In this document: piece by piece, positions 53,449 through 64,000 of the stretch
How positions within the stretch are numbered: position 1 is the stretch's first letter
Layout: each line of letters begins with the position of its first letter
Source of the DNA: the human T2T-CHM13v2.0 reference genome, Homo sapiens
Length of the DNA stretch: 64,000 bases
Direction: 5' to 3' (one strand)
Assembly (NCBI RefSeq): GCF_009914755.1
Contig: NC_060937.1
Program-made: the position numbers and the translations under genes
Notes under the pieces: generated by a model
Databases searched by the model: none
What the model saw: only the letters and a program-made list of their open reading frames with translations
Told to the model about the DNA's origin: nothing

Positions 53449-54114
53449 AGGCAAAGAACTAAAAAGAAAAAAACACTAATTTTTTTGCTGGAAAATTTGT
53501 TATATGGCAGCAGCATCCCACCAGTTTGAGAAATGTGTAAGATGATGACGATACACAAAGACACATGTCCAAGTCCAGTACCTTACATTAATCTTACTGT
53601 TCCTTTTACTGCATTTTAGCATTTGGTTGCTTTTCTCCCTTTGATGCCTTGAAAGCCAATTCTTAGCAGGCTAAATTACACATTCTACTCCACTGTTAAA
53701 ATGGGTACTGTGGCCAAAATGTGCCCAGGATTCTAAGTCCAACATAATGGTAATGGATACAAAAGCAGGGCATTGAGCAGGATTGGACATTTTATGTTAA
53801 ATCCAACAAGATCTTGTTTCTGTGATTTTTCTTGACCTGAATCTTCAATTTATTACTGGGAGCAAAATCTCATTTTGAAAAAAACCCATATCATATATGA
53901 ATGCTTTTGAAATTTCTTTTCTGTTGCTGCATAAATGAATTTTTTTGGAATTCCCTTGTTGCTTTAATTTTTTTAACTTTCACGTTTATTAAATTTTTAT
54001 TTTTCACTCCTGAGTTGCCAGTTCCTGTTCTTTAAAATATTCCAGATATACTTATATCAACAATAACCATGAACAAAAATAGATATATTAGGAAAATATT
54101 TTCAATGTATACAA

Positions 54115-54227
54115 CAAGGTAGGTCTTAATATTATGTTACATATTATATTAATTAATATTATGTAACATATTGTCTGCATATTACATATATTACATATTA
54201 TGTTACATAATATTAAGACCTACCTTG
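54115..54227. repeat. Inverted repeat with perfect 23-nt outer arms and AT-rich self-similar interior
   Basis: caaggtaggtcttaatattatgt (54115-54137) and its exact reverse complement acataatattaagacctaccttg (54205-54227). Confidence 0.93.
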
Positions 54228-54976
54228 GGAATACAGCAGTGAATACAGTGCTGATTTTTAAAGGTATAAAAATGTTTTCTCAGATTCTACTTTATGTCCA
54301 GGAGTCATCTTCAGTGAAGCAGCCTATTTAATCTCAGAGAGCCTCACTTCCTACACAACTTACTGTAAATATTTTAAACACTTTCAAATATTTTCTTAGT
54401 GTGTCCCACATATTATATATTTTTTCTTGATTTAGTAGAGGAATTTATCCTGCTTTAGTACACATACAGTCCCTAATTTTAAACATATTCAAAATTACCT
54501 TTGTCATTTGGTTTGAAATTCAGTTCTCCTACAGAGACAGCCATGGCCTTGGTGGTTAGATCTCTGGGCTGGCCTACAACCATTTTATTTAGTTTGTGGC
54601 ATTTTTATAAGTAACACAGTGCTAAAGCATGGCCCAGGCCAAATGCCACTCATGTCTATGATGTTGCTATATCTTTGGGATTCAAGAAACATATCACCAA
54701 ACCCCCAGATGTCCATGCAACAGAAAATAGAAAATTCCGTCACCTCCTCCACCTGCTGGAGCTGTGGAGGCGCCATAATCCCTGGTGAATTCCATGACTA
54801 GAATGTCATCCGGGGAAAGCCTGTGGAGTCGGAATGGGAAGTATGGTGTGGAATCACAAATGTTGGGTAAGGAATAGGAAGATAAAATCTCGGGCCTGCT
54901 TCTGGGTAGCCACCAGACCCATTCACACCACCTTCTTCCCCATTTCTCTTGATGCCATGGTTTCATCTGCCAACTA

Positions 54977-55154
54977 TTTTTTTTTTTTTTTTTTTGAAAA
55001 GGGTGTCTCACTCTGTCACCGAGGCTGGAGTGCAGTGGCGCCATCTTGGCTCACCACAACCTCCAACCTCCGCCTCCCGGGTTCAAGTGATTCTCCTGCC
55101 TTAGCCTCACTTGGGCCATGCCTGGCTAATTTTTTTGTAGAGACAGGGTTTCAC
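54977..55154 (-). mobile_element. Truncated, internally deleted Alu
   Basis: Poly-T, right arm with a small caacctc duplication and a deletion; similarity ends at gagacagggtttcac. Confidence 0.85.
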
Positions 55155-56207
55155 TTTTTTTTTCCTGGCTATCATGCAGTCCTTCCAATCTAGGGTTTTG
55201 TTTTGATTTTACCTTTTCTGGCACCTGCTGAGGAAACACAGTCGCATAACTCCCCTCCTTCTGAATAAATACACAGTGCTCTTGAATATGTCTTTGCTTA
55301 AAACACTTCTAGAACGCCAGCGGAAAGGGCCAGGAAAGAAAAGTCTCCTTCTCATGCCTCTTTACCTTCATCCTCATTTATATCATATAGGAGAAGAAAA
55401 GTGTTCACCCTTGGATGACATATGGGTTGTTAAATGGTCTGAGGACAAGATTCCCATCTCAGCATGAGAGCCACAGAAATGATCCTCAGAATTCCCCCAG
55501 GGGAGCTAGGATTGAAGGAGACTGTCTGGAGTCAGGGAGGGGATTATAATCAAAGCCTAACTGCAATACTCATAAGAACCTAGATGTTTTTACATGTGAC
55601 ATGGACTCATGCAAAGAGCAGAATCTTATTCAAAGTTGAGCATTCCCGTTTATGAATTTTATCCAGATACTCTAAGTTGTCAATGTGAACCCTGGTCAGT
55701 AATCTTCAGCGAGGACAGTATTATTGCTTTTCATGTAAAACCTCAATTATTAATAGTTTTAAATGACAATTTTTCTTTAGTATATCTAAAAATATTTTGT
55801 TCAAATATAATCAAGTGGAAAATATTGGACAGAAATGAGTCATCCACAAAAAGTATCATTGAAACTAGGGGAATTAGAGCTTTGAATATAAACTTTCTAC
55901 TAAACAGCAGAGGACAAAACAATAATTCTGGCAAAACTCCTCTTGAAGGTGCTATGAAATATTACGGACATTACAACCTCAGTGTGCTCTTCTCCAGAGT
56001 AAAGCTGATTGTCATATTTGATAATTTTTCCCCAGGACCTCAGTGTATGCCTTTTCTGTGCAAATAAAACTACATTTTGAAAATAAGTCAAATATGGCAT
56101 GACACTGCCCAACCTCCGAACAATATTCCCCCAGAATAATGAATCAGACTATTTTTAAGTGTCTTTTCATATACTACTGATGATCTCTGAGCTTTTTATA
56201 TAATTAA

Positions 56208-56504
<297 letters not shown>

Positions 56505-59500
56505 TATATTTAAAATTTTATAGTCATGAAATAGGCCAAAGAAAGTTCTTGAAAGTGTACATTTGTTAACATGTATAATTATAATTGCTTTAATTACTTT
56601 TTTATCTGATACCATATATTCACTAAGAGACTAAGACACTTCTTTTGACTTCAGTAATCCATACTGTGATTAAGTACTGAATTATACTGGAGTCAAAATG
56701 TACACATGTCCCTTTGCCTCTGTGCAGTTTGCTTCAACTGAAAGATCTCACAAGTGTAGCCTCTCAGGCAAGATCAGGGCATTTCAGACAGTCATGGCTG
56801 CTGTGGAGAAGAGGTGTGGGGCAGTGGGGAAAAGGTGGAGAGAATATTAAATGGTGCACAGACTAAAGGAGGAAGCAATGCTAACAGAGAGTGGGAAGAA
56901 GGAACTTGTGAGACAGAATCAGAAGAAAACACTGGATGAAGAAACACAGACTGGGAGGGTGAGCAACGTGCGAGCCTCCTTAGCTTAGCCCTATTTTTAG
57001 GAAATGCCACTTAATTGCCTATTTTTAAATTAATAATAAATTTTGTTTAAAGAGGCAGTGAAATATTATTAATATCTTTAACTGCCTTCTGGGGAAACAG
57101 GGCCTTGTAACCATGGCAAAAGATTTCTAAGAAACCTACCAAGTCTAGAAGGTTACTTTAGGTGAATTTTTATCTGCTGTATTTCCCTTCTCTGTGAGTG
57201 ATTCTGCCCCCAGCCTGGAATATTTTCCCCTTTATCTATAATGGGGAGTAGGGAGAATGGGAGAATGGGGAGGGAATGTTTATTTCTCTTAGATATTTCT
57301 GAGTCCTTAACTACCCTAAAAAGGTGCACAGATGACACATCTTGTGCAAAGGGTTCTTTTTCTGCCCCATTCCTGTTTCTCCCATGAATGGTCTGGTGGT
57401 CTTCTGTTGATGCCAGCATTGTGGCACTGTGTCTTCAATGACTTCAATTTATTTAGCCATCCATGCAAGCAACAATTAATAAATTCCCAGCCCTATCCTA
57501 GATACTGGGGCTATAAAGATGAATGAGACAGTCCCCCTGTCCTTAAAGAGCTTGGTTTGGCTGTGGACCCAGTTAGTGCACCAGCCCTGCTTGGAAGTAC
57601 CCACTTGAGATTCCATGTTAGTGACATCAAGATGCATTGAGATTCCTTAGTAGTTTAGCAAGGCTGCACAAATATGTTATAAGGTATTTTTTATCTATGC
57701 CATCCAAACTCAACATTACAAAGACAGTCCTAATGGCTATTCACAGGAAGACTGAACCAAAACATCCATTATTTCTCTTTTCTAATTGCTTGATGACTTG
57801 CATATATGGAAATTCTTGGCATTTTCACTGGAATGTTTTCCTATCAATTAAGCAGAGCAGGAACAGTTCTTACCAAATTTAATATTGAGCTATCATTTTA
57901 AAAAATAACTCATCTGACATCCTTGAATCTTTGAAATGAGTACTTTTACATAAGAAGTATAAACACTTCTAGAAGTCACCTAGAAGCCCACAGTTTCCAA
58001 AGTTATACATACGTACAATTCCTGGAGATCAACCTCAAGGTAGAAAACCCAGAATGTATTAATACTTGGTACCTCTGAAATACTAAGGAAATTCTACGTT
58101 GATTTGTCTTCTCTTGCACCATTCTGCATGAGGACTGGTTAGTTCAGCTGTTAAGTTCATGGTGCTGATTAGTTCAAGTTCAGTGTTTCAGTCTCTGCAG
58201 AGACTATTTTGCTTTGAACCAAGTGTGTTTCTCACCCTGTTCAGCTCTTTTTTGAGCGCACATCATGAGTGACAGGTATGGATGGCTCAGCCTAAATCCA
58301 TCATCACATGGCAGAGACAAGAAAACATGCATGTTTCATAACTGATGACTCAGTCAAGGGAGGGTTGGTATTTTCTTTTTAGGTAGAGGGTGCCTTGTTG
58401 GTCACATACTCTCTTTCTTTGGGCGAAAGCCAAATGTCTGAAAGTTGTAGGACTAACTCTCCTGTAAACCTGCTCTCCTGGTCTCACTCTTACCACTGCT
58501 GCCTGCCATGATGTTGCCTGTAGCGTTGGCTGATGCCAGCTCAGGAAGCCATCCAGACTTAGTGAATATAGTGGATATTGCCTTCAAGAAAGTAAAGCTG
58601 ATGAGGACACAAACCAGCAGCTCTTAACTGAATTTAGCCCAAAGATATATATGATCCTTCTGTGATGTGAATTCATTGCTGAATTTCCAGCTTCTTTTGG
58701 CAAATGAAAAGGTCAAGTAATATGGAGCCCATGTTTCCGCAGGTAGCACTTGGCTGGGGCTGAGTGGCTGTTGCCACACCCTCGACCTGGCCTATTCACT
58801 TACATATCTTTCCTGCCTGGCCCCAGGAGGCTTAGTATTAGACAGTACCTAATCTGGTCCACTTTTTAGTAAGGTTGGCTACCACTGCACTGTGAGTCAA
58901 TGGCAGGCAATTCACTGAGGACACTATAATTATTAAATGGCTGCTCATAACATATTTGATAGAAAAATAACCCATTTGATGCTTTTGAAGCCATTCATGC
59001 TTTGTCTTCAACAAGTAAATATGAAACTAATCAGGTACTGGATTCACATTGGGGTAACTTGAGAACGTATATTGAGCAGAATCATCAGATTCTTAAATCC
59101 AACCACCTAGGGGAGACAGTTTAATTCACTTAATGTGATTTCCTTTCCTTATTGATAAGCAGACTCCATTGTAGCCAGCTGATATTTTTGCATCAGAGAT
59201 ACTCTTGTTCCACCCAGAGGGGCCACTGAAGATTTAGAAAAGTACTCATGATTTGAGATCAAGTGTATCTTTGCCTTAAAAACAGAATCACAGATACTGT
59301 GGGCATCAGCTATTCCTATTTTTGTCTGTTCTCCTTTTAGTGGAAAAAGGAATTGAAAATAATGCTTGCAGTTCAGAATTTTGATTTACCATACTAGATT
59401 AGCTAGAATCTTATTTAATAATTTAACTTCCTTCTCCTGTCATGGTGCTTTGTTATATAAAACACTACTTACTTGAGGCAATAGTCTCCCAGGGAGACAA

Positions 59501-60606
59501 ATAGAAATATAGCTTGTTGAATATCTTTGATTTCTTTCCTACCGTCATAGTTTGCCAAGATTTCTCAGCAGCTGAGGCAGCGGCACTGTGGTGCGGTAGG
59601 GTGTTCTGATGCTATAAGCAGACACGTTTGCAACATCCATCTGGAGGAGCCCTGGGGCAGGATGTGGTTGACCACCCAGGCAAGGATGCCCTGAATGAGA
59701 GGCCCAGCAGCCTCACAGTCCCCCAGCAATTTCCACCCATCTAGCCCCTCCAAACAGTCTCACTGTCTCCCCTCTAAAGCTCCAAGTGCATTTGCTGTAG
59801 GTTCCACCCCAGGGCCTCGCCTTCCCCTGATTCCCAAGCTCACAGGGGTTCTTCTAAGCACCCTCTGAAGCAGGCTCCATGAGGCACAGCCATGCTCTTT
59901 GGAACCTCTGTGTCCCGTCGCCCTATCTCAGACCGTCCCCATGCCCTGGAGGGGATGCCTTCACCAATGAGCAGAGTGACATCTCCAAACTCATGCTGGT
60001 TTGTGCAAGCACTTTGTACATTGTGCAAGCCAGTTAAAATTATGCACGTCATCTTTTCCATGTCTGCAAAATATGATCACAATACTGACCTAGCTTGTAA
60101 GACTCTAGCTTGTAAATTCTCAGAGCCTCCTGAAAATCAAGGGGATATATCTTAAAATTCAAACAAAAACAAGGGTGCTTCAGAGAGGAGACTGGCAGGA
60201 GACCCCCAATGTGGTGGCTGTTTCTCTGACTTACGCATACCCTGGCAGACCCTATGAGTTTTCCACTTCCCTTTCAAGACAGCATGGGGTGCTGTGCCTT
60301 GGAGGTTGAGTAGGGAACTTTGGGCACCAGCTTTGACCAAATGCAGGACAGGAAAGAAGTGATGGACAGTTGGTCTGTTGAGCTCACTTTGGTGAACTGT
60401 ATTTTAATTAGCATTTTAAGAAATGGAGAAGTTCAAAATTAAGGTTGATCCACATCAGATGAGTAGCCCATGTGCCAGGGCCACATATAAGCCTGGTATT
60501 TTAAGAAGGTATGTTTCTTATCTGTAATGAAATATTCAGGCACCCCATGAAGGTTTTGATCCTCCTGGCCACAAAACTACAATAAAGATGGAAAAAGTTT
60601 ATACAT

Positions 60607-60642
<36 letters not shown>

Positions 60643-61727
60643 CATTGGTATGGGAGAAAATCTCTGAAAAGAGGTAACAGGAAAGCACACAAAATGTATC
60701 TATTCATCAAACATTAAATTATGTTTGTTTAGTGCTAAATCAACATATAATCTGAATAAAGAAAAGCCATGTTAAAAACTAGACAAGAAGTTCCTCTTTC
60801 TCTCAAAGCAGCTTCTCCTCTCCCTCCCGCCAGTCCCCACAAGCACACACACTTGGCTTTCCACTTTCCTCCTGTCCTGTGGGTGGTCTTCCGGCTAGAT
60901 CTGTCCCACACTCCCCTGGGACTCTCGGGCCTGTAAGGTCCTGTGCCTCCTAACAACAGAAGTGCAATCAGATGGGTGCTAGTGATATGACAGGCCCTCA
61001 GTTGATAACTGTTCTTGATCTGTATCCCTGTTCTGTCTATATCTCCAGGGCATATTTCACCCCAGAGTACAGATAATACAGACTGTATCAGCAAGCTGTA
61101 TTTCTCAGGAAAAAAAAATTTAATAATCAGAAGATATTTCCAAGAAAAATGCTGCCACCCAAAAATGGAACCTATAAGGAAAAACACCCAAAGCTTTCCC
61201 ACCTTCTAAGATTAAATCTGTTGAACCTCTTGAAGTTCACAGATGCCAAGAGTGTGATTCGTTTTTTATACCAAATGACAGCCAAAGACAAAGACCAGGG
61301 GATGGCCAGAGTTTTCTGGCCTAGATGCCAGGCAGCAGTCACAGCTGAGAGTTCAATAGTCCCAGGGCTCATTTTTATTGATGTCTTTATTCATATAATA
61401 GCTCATCGGTAGACTGGGGCAGAGGGGAAGTGCAGTCTGGGTGAGACTAGTTTATGCTTTAGTTAGCTCCAAGACTGATTTACAGTCCAATTAAATTTCA
61501 GTGGTCATTTATGTCTGTTCGTCAAATACAAGTTCAAAGCCTTGCCATAGGTAACTTCCATAACCCACGTTTGCCCATTCTAATTTGCCATTGCTATGCT
61601 TTTCATAGAATACTTCTTTTCCAGATGGTTAGGAATTTCATTCTTTATAGCATTTCAATTTCAGCAAATAAGCAAGAATCTAAATGCATTCTAAAATACA
61701 TATTATTATATATCAATTTAAGAAACT

Positions 61728-62040
61728 GGCTGGGTACAGTGGCTCACGCCTATAATCCAGCACTTTGGGAGTCTGAGGTGGAAGGATTTCTTGAGCCTAG
61801 GAGTTTGAGACAAGCCAGGGCAACACAGGAAGACCCCATCTCTACAAAAATAAAAATGGAAATTAGGCAGGCATGGTGGTGCGTGGTTGTAGTCCCAGCT
61901 ACTCAGGAGGCTAAAGTGGGAGGATTGCTTGAGGCCAGGAATTCAAGGCTTCAGTGAGCTGTGATTACACCACTGCATTCCTAACTGGGCAACAGAGGGA
62001 GACCCTGTCTCAAAAAAAAAAGAAAGAAAGAAAGAAAGAA
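61728..62040 (+). mobile_element. Alu, AluJ-like, with (GAAA)n tail
   Basis: ggctgggtacagtggctcacgcc...ggaggattgcttgaggccagg; flanking repeat aagaaactg. Confidence 0.92.
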
Positions 62041-63627
62041 AGAAACTGCAATTTTTTTTCCAGAGTTATTTTAGAAACTTTTTTTTTAAAAGTAAAAGAA
62101 AAAGAAAAATCAGACATGATTTGATGGACTAGGGTGCGTTCTTATTTGGAAAACTTACAGATAGGCTTGAAACTAAGGGATGAAATCAAAACATTTCTAT
62201 TTAATATCTAAATCTAGAAAATTTGAATATTACCTATTGGCAATGATAATATTCAAAGATAATAGTATTCAAATACTAGATGCTGTGTTTACATATAAAA
62301 TAATATCTTATTAATTTTATTCATGTCTGTTAGTACACAAGACAAGGAATGCTATTTTTCCCAGTTAATTTTACATTCCTAGGAATATTTAAGAATCAAA
62401 GAATGACCTTATCTGAAGTTTTAAGTTTCCATTTACTATAAATATTTAATGTAAATTAGTTCTTTCTCTATTTTTATGAATTCTCTACACATCTGTCTGT
62501 TTCAATAAAATAAAGAATACTCATGTTTATTTCATGGGAGGAACATATACTAAAATTGTTGCATATAAAGTACAGGAGCACTCACTTAAAGGGAAAAAAT
62601 ATCCACGTGGAGAAATTATACATAACAGGATAATACAGTATGCTTAGGAAAATAAGGCTTTTGTTGGGAATTGAATCCTAGTGTGCAGAAGTATTAGCTG
62701 ACTCTCATTATAAACAAATTTTACCAGTTATTTCCTAACAGACTCTTGTTTAATGAATAAACGCTTTGCTTATTAATTACACAAAATTTGGTCAAAGCAT
62801 TAGAAAAGATTAAATAGTTTTGTTACGGTGTGTTAAAAACTTGGCTTTTAACCTTGACATTTAATGGATTGGACCACACGGGCCAAGTTCCTTCTCCTTT
62901 GCAAAGGTATGGAGCTGGAAATGAACTTAGAGATCAGACTCAAGGGACCACAGCTTGCACTTAATAGTTTACCTTTATCTGTGCTTTAGCTGTGCTTTTG
63001 GATGTATTAAGAACTTTTTAACTGCCTTAATAGACTGTTATCCCTTTTACTCTTTGATATGTGACATTTAAATATACCTTGAATTTGAACTGGTTGTCGT
63101 TATGTGTTGGGAACAAAATTACTTTTGATGGGAATACATTTTTGAATTAAAAATGCAAGTTAATAGATAAATAATATCTGATTATTATAGATTTTGAAAT
63201 ATTTATATTTAAGCCTTACAAATGACTTTTCAGTACAAACAAATTCTCTGATTAGACTTTCTGATCACCGTAGCAAATATGAATTGGACAATAATGTGAA
63301 TGTATAATAAAGAGCTATAAAGCAAAAATTTTAAAAAGAAATTGTGGTCTAAACATGCATGCCTCTCTATATGCTGCCACAGTTTTCCAGAAAGTACTGT
63401 GCATTTGAATCATCTTTCTTTATAGTGGCCACATAGCAGAAGTGGTTAAGTGTAAAGTTTTTCAGCATGAAGGGCGGGTATTGTGCAAATTTATAATTGC
63501 ATCAAAATAATGAGAGATTGAAGAAAACTCTGATTTTCAAATGTCTATTTTTGAAGAGTAAAACTTAAACTCATTATTTTTCCTCCCAGAAGGATACCTA
63601 AATCATGCTTGTCTTTCTCTTTAACAG

Positions 63628-63642
63628 ATAATTCTGAAATAA
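63628..63642 (+). CDS. MBNL2: MBNL2 terminal exon, short frame IILK* (95-nt exon included)
   Basis: Acceptor gtctttctctttaacag|ATA ATT CTG AAA TAA; phase 0 after ...ANQ. Confidence 0.92.
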   Translation: MILK

Positions 63643-63755
63643 TCAGCAGAAACGGAATGGAATGCCAAGAATCTGCATTGAGAATAACTAAACATTGTTA
63701 CTGTACATACTATCCTGTTTCCTCCTCAATAGAATTGCCACAAACTGCATGCTAA
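63628..63755 (+). CDS. MBNL2: MBNL2 terminal exon, long frame (95-nt exon skipped)
   Basis: Phase 1 gives DNSEIISRNGMECQESALRITKHCYCTYYPVSSSIELPQTAC*, stop at 63753-63755. Confidence 0.9.
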
Positions 63756-64000
63756 ATAAAGATGTAGTTCTTCTGGACAGACCACAACTCTAAGAAGCTA
63801 GTGCTGCTATCTCATATATGAGTATTAAATATGGTATGCTTAGTATATTCCAACCTAAGATAGTTAACTACCTGAGACCAGCTGTGATGTTTAAAGACAT
63901 AAAGGATAAAGTTTACTTTTAAAGGGTTTCTAAACATAGTTTCTGTCCTAGGAATATTGTCTTATCTCCATAACTATAGCTGATGCAGAAAGTCCAGCCA
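63756..64000 (+). other. MBNL2: Start of the MBNL2 3' UTR
   Basis: Follows both stop codons in the terminal exon; runs to the window end. Confidence 0.85.

Noticed and set aside
55609-56067. 152-aa ATG-initiated ORF in the last intron (similar: 60735-61202, 33237-33674)
   Set aside because: No recognisable domain or splice support; length is within chance for a 64 kb six-frame scan.

Overview
Primate, very probably human, genomic DNA covering the 3' part of the muscleblind-like 2 gene (MBNL2) on the + strand. The first coding exon lies upstream of the window. I located eight exons with GT-AG boundaries that splice in frame: 4710-4874 (165 nt), 15325-15525 (201), 19113-19376 (264, ZnF3/4), 29105-29158 (54, alternative), 29791-29944 (154), 37444-37479 (36, alternative), 38767-38861 (95, alternative, frame-switching), and a terminal exon from 63628 that can be read in two frames. 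The introns hold 12 Alus, a near-complete Tigger1, L2/MIR/MaLR relics, a tailless 5S rRNA retrocopy and a 2.2 kb degenerate TG array. I see no new protein-coding system; the long six-frame ORFs are low-complexity or Alu artefacts. The leads worth following are RNA-level or mutational. They include YGCY-packed AG-exclusion zones before two alternative exons, a read-through hydrophobic Cys-rich tail, a candidate UG-repressed poison exon, complementary CA/TG tracts bracketing an exon, a regenerated 5' splice site, and three locally templated duplication/inversion scars. Repeat boundaries and subfamily calls are by eye and approximate.
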